From positions 1-36,733 of the forward strand of contig CAXMRH010000154.1 of assembly GCA_964196045.1 (NCBI GenBank): a stretch of DNA of 36,733 nucleotides, given 5' to 3'. The translations under genes and the position numbers were made by a program. This DNA comes from an uncultured Chthoniobacterales bacterium (GTDB taxonomy: Bacteria > Actinomycetota > Acidimicrobiia > Acidimicrobiales > SHLQ01). Below are positions 16,641 through 25,121 of this stretch, one piece after another (positions within the stretch are counted from its first letter, which is position 1; every line of letters starts with the position of its first letter). The notes under the pieces are model-generated. The model ran no database searches. It saw only the letters and a program-made list of their open reading frames with translations, and was not told the origin of the DNA.

Positions 16641-17671
16641 GAGCTTGCTCCTGGCTGGAGGGCGTGGCCGATCCGGGCGGAAGTCCCGGCGGGGTCGGTC
16701 GTGGCAGAAGAGGCGGCGTGGCCGATCCGGGCGGAAGTCCCGGCGAGATATTGCTTCTTAAAACGTTCGATGAGGTCGCGAACCGGCGTTGCTCGGCGTC
16801 CGAGGATTCGATCAGTCCGTGGTGTGGTCAGCGATGTGTCGTACGGGACCGGCGCCGAAAGCATCGACGCTGGATCGGGTGGACCGAATTGCAGGAGATC
16901 GGCATCGAGATCGAAGACGTCGCAGGTGAGTTCCGCCAACTCTCGACGCGTGATCGAATCAGCCCCACAACAGTGGAATACCCCGTCACTGCGGGCTGCT
17001 CCGACGGCGAGCATGATCTCGCCACATTCGAGCGCGAGCGAGGGAGTTGCAACCATGTTTATGTCGTCGGCCTCCCACACGGTGAACGACTCGCCAGCGG
17101 ATAGAGCGTCGACGATGCTCGCGACGAAGTATCCGAATCCGCGGTCCTGGGATCGTGGCGTCGTCGGCCGAGCGAGGTGGAGCCCGTTGACGCCACTCAC
17201 CCTGGCGACAGCTCCACCTGCTTCGAGCGCGACCATTTCCGAGGCCAGCTTGAGGGTGCCGTACAGGTTGATCGGGTTCGGCGGGGTTTCCTCGTTCGCA
17301 CCAGCTTGGGTGCCGTCGAAGACCCAGTCCGTCGAGACCAACACGTAGGCCGCGTCAACGCCGGAACGGGCCGCCCGAACAGTCGAACGGGTCGCGCCCA
17401 CATAGGCCGCCCACGATGCCTCCCGGTCGGCATACATACGGTGCCAGTCGTTCATGATGGCGCAGTGGATCACGACGTCCGGATCGAACTGTTCGATGTT
17501 TTGCCGCACCGATTGGTCGTCGGTCATATCGACCGGAGCCACCTGATACGCCGCGTCGGTCGGTGGTACGAAGGTGTGCGCTGTGGTCAGCGTCTCGTGG
17601 CCAGCGTCGACCGAGGCCCGCACGATGTTCGAACCGACGAAACCTCCTCCACCTGAAATCCAGACCCTCAC
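16637..17671 (-). CDS. RmlD-like NAD(P)-dependent sugar reductase/epimerase
   Basis: GTG 17671 overlaps the upstream stop (GTGA 17668-17671). ISGGGGFVGSNIV glycine motif. STDWVFDG...NLYGTLKLASE (YxxxK) is typical of RmlD_sub_bind proteins. The last ~37 aa are encoded by the repeat segment. Confidence 0.75.
   Translation of the reverse strand: MRVWISGGGGFVGSNIVRASVDAGHETLTTAHTFVPPTDAAYQVAPVDMTDDQSVRQNIEQFDPDVVIHCAIMNDWHRMYADREASWAAYVGATRSTVRAARSGVDAAYVLVSTDWVFDGTQAGANEETPPNPINLYGTLKLASEMVALEAGGAVARVSGVNGLHLARPTTPRSQDRGFGYFVASIVDALSAGESFTVWEADDINMVATPSLALECGEIMLAVGAARSDGVFHCCGADSITRRELAELTCDVFDLDADLLQFGPPDPASMLSAPVPYDTSLTTPRTDRILGRRATPVRDLIERFKKQYLAGTSARIGHAASSATTDPAGTSARIGHALQPGASS
16661..16745. 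repeat. two copies of a 31-bp direct repeat (ggcgtggccgatccgggcggaagtcccggcg), 54-bp period
   Basis: Read directly: copies at 16661-16691 and 16715-16745. Each contains CCGGG-n7-CCCGG. Lies in the last ~110 nt before the iolG start. Confidence 0.9.
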
Positions 17672-19071
17672 GGCGTGCCAGGTGTTTCCACGCGACCGTC
17701 GCGCATTCGGATCGGGTACGTGGTCAGTGCTTCCTTGATCGGCCGGCGGGTTCCTTCGCCGGTGCGGAGATCGAAACGCCCGTTGTGTTTCGGGCACTCG
17801 ATCTCACAGCCAAGGATCGTGCCGGCGGCAAGATCGGCCTCCCCGTGCGTGCAGATCCGATCGACGAGCACCGTGTCGCCGTCCTCGGTGCATGCCAACA
17901 GGCGCTCGCTGCCATCGATGGTGACGGAGCGCGACTGACCCGCGCCAAGATCGCTGGGACCGAGATCAATCCATCCATCGTCGGTGCTTTCGCCCGCCCA
18001 CTCGAATCCCTGCACAATCGACCCTCGAGTGCCAGGGACATCCGGGATGTCGCGTTCGAGTTCCCACCTCGGATCAACATGCTGCCGGCGAAACGCGGTG
18101 ATGATCTCCTTGTAGGCATGGAAGGTATTCGGCGAAGGCTTCGCTAGCTGGCCGTTGATCTCCGCGTGCAGCGCCGGAAGGTTGTAGTAGGGCACGGCGG
18201 GGAACATGTGGTGTTCGACGTGGTAGTTCATGTTCAGATACAGGAAACGGAAGATCGGGTTCATCAGGACGGTCCGCGATGACTGCCGATGGTCGAGGAC
18301 GTCTTCTTTCAGGCCCGCATGCTGGGTGACGCCGAAGAAGACCACGAGCCAGCCGCCGTAGACCGTGGGCAGGCCGATGAGCAAGAGCGGGTAGAAAGAC
18401 GTTGAGGCGATGGCCCAAACGATCGTAGCAAGCCAGATCGCCACGTAGACCCGAGCCTCCCAAGCGATACGTTTGCGATCCTGCTCCGGCACGAGGACGT
18501 CGACGACAGGGTCCTTCCACCCGAACGCGTACTTCACGATCGTCTTGATGAGGGTGCTGCCACCCTGAATGTGGGTGAAGGTCCACGCGAGCCGAGCGAC
18601 CGAAGGCGGCCGTGGAAAAACGATCTCCGCATCGCGACCGACGATGACCGTGTCGGTGTGATGGCGAAAGTGTGACCACCGCCAGAATGTGGCGCTCCTC
18701 CCGAGCAGGAAGCTGGCCGGGTAGTACACGAGATCGTTCAGCCAGGGTGTTCGAAACGCGGTGCCATGTCCGCTTTCGTGCCAACGCGAGTCCGCCGCGC
18801 CGCCGGCAACGGCTCCGTAAGCGACGAACGCAGGCAGCGCCCACCAACTACCCCGAAGACTCCAGGCAAGGACAGCCAGTCCAGCTATGAGACCAACCCA
18901 GATGATCAGATCGACGATTGGACGAACGTCGCGGCGCTCCATGAGCTCGCGCATGCGCGCCGGATCGACCTCTGCCTGAAACCATTTCCCCTCAGCGAGG
19001 CCGCGCTCCGCGGCGCGCGCAGATTCAGGTCCGACCAGGCTGTAGTCACGTGAGGGAAGGGTTGTGGTCAT
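17668..19071 (-). CDS. membrane histidine-box di-iron oxygenase/desaturase-family domain fused to a C-terminal Rieske [2Fe-2S] domain (MocD-MocE-like)
   Basis: 467 aa. TM helices near the N-terminus. His boxes HESGH, HFRHH and HVEHH. C-terminal CTH-x16-CPKH Rieske motif. The ATG overlaps the upstream stop (ATGA 19068-19071). Confidence 0.85.
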   Translation of the reverse strand: MTTTLPSRDYSLVGPESARAAERGLAEGKWFQAEVDPARMRELMERRDVRPIVDLIIWVGLIAGLAVLAWSLRGSWWALPAFVAYGAVAGGAADSRWHESGHGTAFRTPWLNDLVYYPASFLLGRSATFWRWSHFRHHTDTVIVGRDAEIVFPRPPSVARLAWTFTHIQGGSTLIKTIVKYAFGWKDPVVDVLVPEQDRKRIAWEARVYVAIWLATIVWAIASTSFYPLLLIGLPTVYGGWLVVFFGVTQHAGLKEDVLDHRQSSRTVLMNPIFRFLYLNMNYHVEHHMFPAVPYYNLPALHAEINGQLAKPSPNTFHAYKEIITAFRRQHVDPRWELERDIPDVPGTRGSIVQGFEWAGESTDDGWIDLGPSDLGAGQSRSVTIDGSERLLACTEDGDTVLVDRICTHGEADLAAGTILGCEIECPKHNGRFDLRTGEGTRRPIKEALTTYPIRMRDGRVETPGTP

Positions 19072-20027
19072 GGGTGGTACACCTCCGGGATGTTGTGGTC
19101 AGGGACAGGCACAGGCCCGCCCTGGGTGAGCGAGCTCAGCGCGGCTTCAGCAACGAGCTGTGCGGCGAGGGCGTCGAGGGCCGATGGCCCAGTGGCCTCG
19201 GGATCATCGAGCGATGCGACCCATCTCCGATCCTGAATTCGGTACGCGTCGGCAAACCAGCCAAACCAGTCGAGGCCGATGGGAGTGCGGTGATCGCCGT
19301 CAATGCGAAGTCGGGGTCGTTGGGGCGCCGAAGTCGTCACCATGCCGTTGACTGCTGTCGCTTCGACTTCCACCTCGTAGGCATAGGAGTCATCGCTGAA
19401 CTCGATCGTGGCCGTTGCACCTGACGCGAGGCGAAGGACGAGCAGGACGTGTGTCAATCCGCCTGGGCGAGGCATCGAGCGGGCATCCACGTCGACCACG
19501 CGTCCAGCGAGCCAATGGATCGTGTGGATGTCGTGGATCAGAGATTGAACAATGACGACGCCGGGTGGTCTGGCCACCTCATTCGTGTTCCGATGGCTGC
19601 AGCGGAGATAGTGAAGATCACCAAGCGCCGCGAGTTGGTCGGCGAAGGCCACGTGTGCCGGATCAACTTCGCGCATGAACCCGACCTGCACGCGCCGCTG
19701 ACCGATCGACACTTCCTTGTCGATCACCGCGTGCGCACCTGCCAGGTCATCGGACAACGGCTTCTCACACAGGACGCGGCTGCCAGCATCGAGCGCTGTG
19801 ATCGTCAACTCTGCGTGGGTGTTGTCAGGGGACGCGATGATGACGCCATCCCATCCCTCTGCGGCGCATGCGTTCACGTCCGTCGTCACGGGAACGCCAA
19901 GCTTGTCGAGGTCGGGGTGAGGGAAAGGGTCGGCAACGGCAGCTAGCTCTACGCCGGGAATCGCCATCAGCGTCTCCGCGTGGAAGCGGCCCATGCCACC
20001 TGCCCCGATGACGGCAAGCTGTTTCAT
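19068..20027 (-). CDS. Gfo/Idh/MocA-family oxidoreductase (inositol dehydrogenase-like)
   Basis: 319 aa. LAVIGAGGMGRFHAETL and CEKPL motifs. The ATG shares 1 nt with the iolD stop (TGATG at 20025-20029). Confidence 0.8.
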   Translation of the reverse strand: MKQLAVIGAGGMGRFHAETLMAIPGVELAAVADPFPHPDLDKLGVPVTTDVNACAAEGWDGVIIASPDNTHAELTITALDAGSRVLCEKPLSDDLAGAHAVIDKEVSIGQRRVQVGFMREVDPAHVAFADQLAALGDLHYLRCSHRNTNEVARPPGVVIVQSLIHDIHTIHWLAGRVVDVDARSMPRPGGLTHVLLVLRLASGATATIEFSDDSYAYEVEVEATAVNGMVTTSAPQRPRLRIDGDHRTPIGLDWFGWFADAYRIQDRRWVASLDDPEATGPSALDALAAQLVAEAALSSLTQGGPVPVPDHNIPEVYHP

Positions 20028-21883
20028 CAGATGCGCTGCGCTTTCTTACCCTCGATCATCTCGGCCTTTGCGTTGCGGACACCTTCGAGCTCGCTCACCT
20101 CAGGTACTCCGACCTCCCAGAAGGATCCTCCTTCGGTCCAGCTGTAGGCATCGGTCACCAGTGCGATCACGTAGGTGCGATCGGCGGCCTTGGCCCGGCC
20201 GAAAGCTTCCTCGAGTTCGTCGATGGAAGTGACCGTCTCGCTCATGGCACCCATCGCTTCAGCGTGTTTGGCGAAATCAACCGCCACCGGGTTCACCACG
20301 GTCGGGTTGTCCTTGATCAAGTTGTTGTAGGGCTCGCCACCCATGTTCGTCTGCAGACGGTTGATCACGGCGAAGCCACCGTTGTCGCACACGATCACGA
20401 TCATCTTGTGGCCATGAATGACCGAGCTGTAGATATCGCTGTTGAGCATCATCCACGAGCCGTCGCCGGTGAAGACGACAACTTCCTTGTCGGGCTGGGC
20501 CATCGCAGCGCCCCAACCTCCACTCGTTTCGTACCCCATGCAGCTGAAGCCGTACTCACAGTCAAAACTGTTGAGGTGTTTAGCTCGCCAGCCGTTGTTG
20601 ACCTCACCAGGGAACCCACCAGCTGCTGCCAAGGCGAACGTCTTCTCATCGGCGAGCCGATCGATCGCTCCGACGACCTGGGCATACGTCGGCAGGCCGC
20701 TGTCGCTGCGTGCTTCTTTGGCAGCGATCTTGTCGATGTAGGCGTTGTGTTGGGCAACCTCGTTGGCCATGGTCGTTGACCAGTCATCGGGCGCTCGATA
20801 CGACCCAAGGGCGTTACCGAGTTCGCCGAGTGTTTCCTTCGCGTCACCAACGAGTGGCATCGACTGACGTTTCGTCGCATCGAAGCGTGCAGTGTTCAGG
20901 CCAATGATCGACACGTTGTCGTTCTTGAACACGGTCCAGGATCCGGTCGTGAAGTCGAGCAAACGTGTTCCGACAGCGAGCACGACATCGGCCTCGCCCG
21001 CAAGCGCATTCGCTGACGTCCCGCCGGTCACGCCGATGGGTCCGCCATACATCGGGTGGTTCCATTCGACACAGGCCTTGCCAGCCACGGTCTCGACTAC
21101 CGGGATGTTGTGAGCTGTGGCGAACGATGCGAGCTCTTCTTCGGCGAGCGAGTAGTGGACACCGCCGCCTGCGACGATGAGAGGCTTCTCTGCCGCGAGT
21201 AGCGCCTCTGCAGCAGCGGCGAGTTGACGACGGTCGGCCCGAGGTCGAATGATCTCGTGCACCTGTTCGTCGAAGAAGCTGAGCGGGAAGTCCCACGCCT
21301 CCGCGCCCACATCCTGTGGAAGGCCGAGGAACGCCGGACCACAATCTGCCGGGTCGAGCATGGTGTGTATCGCATGCGGCAGTGAGCTGGTGAGTTGCTC
21401 TGGCCGGGTGATCCGATCCCAGTACCGGGTGACAGCTCGAAAGCTGTCGTTCACTGTCTGGGTCGGGTCGCCGAAGTGTTCGACCTGTTGCAGTACCGGG
21501 TCCGGCAGGCGACTCGTGAAGGTATCGCCCGAAATCAGGAGGATCGGCAACCGATTGCTGTGTGCCACACCGGCAGCGGTGACCATGTTGGTCGCGCCTG
21601 GTCCGACCGAACTCGTCGCAACCATGATCTGTCGACGCCGTGTGGCCTTGGCGTAGGCAACACCGGCCAGCGCCATGCCCTCTTCGCTCTGTCCGCGGTA
21701 CGTGGGCAGCTCGTCCTTCGCCCGTTCCAGCGCATGCCCGAGCGACGTCACGTTGCCATGCCCAAAGATCCCGTACACACCGCCAAACAAAGGCGCCACA
21801 GACCCATCCACAAGCACCGATTTCTGGGCAATCAGATAACGAACAATCGCCTGCGAAGTAGTAAGCCGAACGGTCTTGCTCAT
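20027..21883 (-). CDS. iolD: 3D-(3,5/4)-trihydroxycyclohexane-1,2-dione acylhydrolase (ThDP-dependent)
   Basis: 618 aa. Colinear with recalled B. subtilis IolD from the N-terminus (VRLTTSQAIVRYL...IFGHGNV...PDPVLQQVEH...RYWDRITRPEQL). Confidence 0.9.
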   Translation of the reverse strand: MSKTVRLTTSQAIVRYLIAQKSVLVDGSVAPLFGGVYGIFGHGNVTSLGHALERAKDELPTYRGQSEEGMALAGVAYAKATRRRQIMVATSSVGPGATNMVTAAGVAHSNRLPILLISGDTFTSRLPDPVLQQVEHFGDPTQTVNDSFRAVTRYWDRITRPEQLTSSLPHAIHTMLDPADCGPAFLGLPQDVGAEAWDFPLSFFDEQVHEIIRPRADRRQLAAAAEALLAAEKPLIVAGGGVHYSLAEEELASFATAHNIPVVETVAGKACVEWNHPMYGGPIGVTGGTSANALAGEADVVLAVGTRLLDFTTGSWTVFKNDNVSIIGLNTARFDATKRQSMPLVGDAKETLGELGNALGSYRAPDDWSTTMANEVAQHNAYIDKIAAKEARSDSGLPTYAQVVGAIDRLADEKTFALAAAGGFPGEVNNGWRAKHLNSFDCEYGFSCMGYETSGGWGAAMAQPDKEVVVFTGDGSWMMLNSDIYSSVIHGHKMIVIVCDNGGFAVINRLQTNMGGEPYNNLIKDNPTVVNPVAVDFAKHAEAMGAMSETVTSIDELEEAFGRAKAADRTYVIALVTDAYSWTEGGSFWEVGVPEVSELEGVRNAKAEMIEGKKAQRI

Positions 21884-22106
21884 GCGGTGAACCCCCTAGT
21901 TGGAGTGATTGTCAGGGCCAGTGGTGAACCCTTAGCTGAGCGCCGTGGCGCAGCAGGCGGACGGTGTGTATGTCGAGCGAAGCCCCTCACCCGGCAAACG
22001 GCGTCGGGCCGGCAGGCGGTGCGTCGAGCGCAGCCCGACTTTGGTGGAGCGAAGCGGAACCCAGAGGGCGAAGCCGGCGTGACGTCGGACGGAGCGGCGC
22101 AGCTGG

Positions 22107-23279
22107 TCATGGGAGCGTCAGGTTCACGACGTCTTGCCATGTTCCGGTCTCAGTCGACTTGAGAAGCGCAGCTTGCACACTCACGTAGTCGACTGCTTCT
22201 TTGAAGCTTGCGGAGTGCTTCGTTCCGGACGCCACAGCCTTGAGGAACTCGTAGTCCTCGATGGTGATCAGGTCTTCGAACGCGATGCTGTTGGCGTCAC
22301 CGGGGACGAAGTTGCCGTGGTACGGGTAACGGTCGCCGCCGCGTACGGTCGTGTAGCCCCGAGCCTGGTCTTTCAACAAAAACAGCCCCATCTCGTTCAT
22401 CGTTTCGAGGTTCCAGTTCGCTGCGCCCTTCGTGCCGTAGACATCGAATGCGTTCTGGCTCTCGGGACCGATGATCGACCGGCTCGTCTCGAAGGTTCCA
22501 ATCGCGCCATTCTCAAATTCGCAGAAGGCGCCGAAGTAGTCCTCGTTGGTGACGGGCCCAGTGGGATCGCCCGGTTCGCCGCGTTCGTAATGGGTTCCGC
22601 CGGCCTTGGGGAGGGGGCGCTCAGTGATGAAGGTCTTCTGCTGCCCCATCACGCGGGTAATCGGACCGACCAGCATGTGTGCGAGATCCATCGAATGGCT
22701 GAGGATGTCCGTGCTCACGCCGTAACCGGCTTGATCGACCTCGAACCGCCACGAGAGCAATCCCATGGGATCCGAGCCATACATCGAGAAGAAGCGGCCC
22801 CGGTAGTTCGTGATCTCACCCAGCTCACCGTCGGCGATCAGGTTCTTGAGGTATTGCACGAGCGGTGCAAACCGGTAGTTGTAGCCCACGCCTGTGGTCA
22901 CTCTTGCGTCCCGAGCCGCTTTCTCCGCCCGCACTGTCTGATCGGGCTTTCCGCCTACCGGCTTCTCACAGAAGATGTGCTTGCCGGCCTCGGCAGCGGC
23001 CACACAGATCTCTTCGTGCAACATGTTCGGAGCGGTACACGTGACGACATCGATGTCGTCGCGGTCCATGACCTCCCGCCAGTCCGACACGGCTTCTTCG
23101 AAGCCGAAGCTGTGCACTGCTTGGTCGCGGCGCTGCTCCATGTTGTCGGCGCAGATCGCAAGCACGGGGTCGTATTCGCGATCCTCGAAGAGTTGCGGGA
23201 TGCGCGCGTAGCTGCGGCTATGGGCCTGGCCCATCCAGCCGAGGCCGATAACTGCGATCCGAAGTGGTTGACGGTCCAT
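22107..23279 (-). CDS. Gfo/Idh/MocA-family oxidoreductase
   Basis: ATG 23279 is preceded by AAGGAA. LRIAVIGLGWMGQAHSRSY and FCEKPV motifs. 390 aa. Confidence 0.8.
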   Translation of the reverse strand: MDRQPLRIAVIGLGWMGQAHSRSYARIPQLFEDREYDPVLAICADNMEQRRDQAVHSFGFEEAVSDWREVMDRDDIDVVTCTAPNMLHEEICVAAAEAGKHIFCEKPVGGKPDQTVRAEKAARDARVTTGVGYNYRFAPLVQYLKNLIADGELGEITNYRGRFFSMYGSDPMGLLSWRFEVDQAGYGVSTDILSHSMDLAHMLVGPITRVMGQQKTFITERPLPKAGGTHYERGEPGDPTGPVTNEDYFGAFCEFENGAIGTFETSRSIIGPESQNAFDVYGTKGAANWNLETMNEMGLFLLKDQARGYTTVRGGDRYPYHGNFVPGDANSIAFEDLITIEDYEFLKAVASGTKHSASFKEAVDYVSVQAALLKSTETGTWQDVVNLTLP

Positions 23280-23304
23280 TGCGATTTCCTTGATGTCGGG
23301 GGGT

Positions 23305-24210
23305 TCAGAGTTCTTGCGGGTTGAGAAGGTGTGTTGGGCGTTCACCTGCGAGCGCCATGCGAACTTGGTCGAAGGCCATTCGTTCCATGCGAGCGCGTCC
23401 AGCAGTGGTGTTCGATGCGATGTGCGGGGTGACTATCACGTTGTCCATGTGGAGCAACGAGTGGTCGGGGTAGAGCGGCTCGGGGTCGGTCACGTCGAGG
23501 CCTGCCCCCATAAGGTGGCCAGACTCGAGCGCGGCCACGAGGTCGTCCGTGACAACGATGGGACCACGTGCACAGTTGATCAGGACGGATCCTGGCTTCA
23601 TGTTGGCAAACGCTTCAGCATCGATCAGGCCGATGGTCGACGGTGTCGCAGGTGCGTGGATCGAGAGCACGTCGGAGCGCTCGAGGAGTTCATCGATGCC
23701 GACTGAGTCGTCATGTAGGGGGTCGGTGATGATCACGTTCATGCCGATCGCCTCAGCCATGACGGCGACAGCTTGACCTATGCGGCCATACCCGAGGAGC
23801 CCGAGAGTCTGACCTTGTAACTCCATGCTCTGTTGATGACTCACGTAGTCGCCGGTGGCTGCACGAAGACGGTTGGCCGAGGGGACGAGCTCGTGGGTGA
23901 CCGCCATCATGAGCGCAATCGTGTGTTCAGCCGTCGACGTCGTTGGACCCTCTGGTGTATTTGTGACGAGGATGCCTCGCGACGTTGCTGCGTCGACGTC
24001 GACCGCGTCATAGCCAATCCCGATGCGGGCCAAGACTCGGAGATCAGGCAACGAGTCCAGCACGTCGGCCGTATACGGCTCTCCTCCAGCAAGTATCGCG
24101 ACTGCGCTTGCTCGCTCGGAAGGGTCTGGACCAAGTGCCGAGTAACCCTCGGCCTCGTGCTCGGCTCTGAGATGGTCGGGGCACCCGCGCACCCACCACA
24201 ACCGCGTCAT
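23305..24210 (-). CDS. D-isomer-specific 2-hydroxyacid dehydrogenase family protein
   Basis: 301 aa. NAD motif LGLLGYGRIGQAV. Catalytic region NCARG...TPHIAS. The ATG overlaps the iolB stop (ATGA 24207-24210). Confidence 0.85.
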   Translation of the reverse strand: MTRLWWVRGCPDHLRAEHEAEGYSALGPDPSERASAVAILAGGEPYTADVLDSLPDLRVLARIGIGYDAVDVDAATSRGILVTNTPEGPTTSTAEHTIALMMAVTHELVPSANRLRAATGDYVSHQQSMELQGQTLGLLGYGRIGQAVAVMAEAIGMNVIITDPLHDDSVGIDELLERSDVLSIHAPATPSTIGLIDAEAFANMKPGSVLINCARGPIVVTDDLVAALESGHLMGAGLDVTDPEPLYPDHSLLHMDNVIVTPHIASNTTAGRARMERMAFDQVRMALAGERPTHLLNPQEL

Positions 24211-25121
24211 CGCGCGACCCTGCCTTCGGCGGTCATGAGAGGCAAGCGGGCGTCCATCGGTTGACCGGACAGCTCATCCCGGACCCAGTGGTGGGTCGGG
24301 TCATCGCAGAACGCCATGTTGCGCTCGCCGCCGGGTCCGGCAAGGACGTTCAAGTAGTACATGTCGTAGCCCGGCGCTGCGATACACGGGCCGTGATACC
24401 CGCGAGGCACCAGAAAAATGTCGCCGTCGCGCACGACCACGTTCTCGTCGATGATGGGCATCCCTTCGTGGCCAATGCCCGTGTAGGTCCGATGTATACC
24501 GAAGCCAGACGGTGTGTAATCGATCGAACCGGCGGTGCCGATGCGGAAGTAGTAGATCTCTTCGTTGTTCACCTCACATTCGGGTGAATCGTCATGTTTG
24601 TGGGGTGGATACGACGACCAGTTGCCGTCAGGTGTGTAGACCTCGACGCACATCAACTTGTCGGCGCCGGCGAACTGCTCGGGTGAGCAGAAGTTGTTGA
24701 TCTGGCGGCTCGCTTGTCCCCCGCCGCGCAGCTCGACGCTCACGTCTTCTGCTGAGCCGTAGTGCAGTTCGGTGCGATTTGTCGTCCGCGCTGAACACAA
24801 CGCGAGCTCGACGGGTTGATCGCTCGTTGCGTCGATCGTGACCGTCGTGTCGATCGGGACATAGGCCCAATCGGTGACGCGGGCGAAAACGGATCCTCGA
24901 CCCTCGAGCTCAAAACGTGTGCCTTCCGCGCTGACAGCAGAGGACGACCCCGACAATGGCACGACAGCGAACTCGTCGCCCCCGGTCTCGAACGTCCGAG
25001 ACTCTCCGGCTTCGAGTCGAATGGTACGGATGCCGCTGTACGTCCAGCCCGCTGTCTCGGGGTCGAGCACGATCGCATCTGTGCCATCGCTGAGCGTGCC
25101 AGCGGGTTTGTGCAGACTCAT
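24207..25121 (-). CDS. iolB: 5-deoxy-glucuronate isomerase
   Basis: ATG 25121 (MSLHKPAGT...) overlaps the iolC stop (ATGA). Motifs RGGGQASRQINNF, YPPHKHD and NEEIYYFRI. The Arg-rich N-terminal extension in the ORF track is rejected. Confidence 0.85.
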   Translation of the reverse strand: MSLHKPAGTLSDGTDAIVLDPETAGWTYSGIRTIRLEAGESRTFETGGDEFAVVPLSGSSSAVSAEGTRFELEGRGSVFARVTDWAYVPIDTTVTIDATSDQPVELALCSARTTNRTELHYGSAEDVSVELRGGGQASRQINNFCSPEQFAGADKLMCVEVYTPDGNWSSYPPHKHDDSPECEVNNEEIYYFRIGTAGSIDYTPSGFGIHRTYTGIGHEGMPIIDENVVVRDGDIFLVPRGYHGPCIAAPGYDMYYLNVLAGPGGERNMAFCDDPTHHWVRDELSGQPMDARLPLMTAEGRVAR

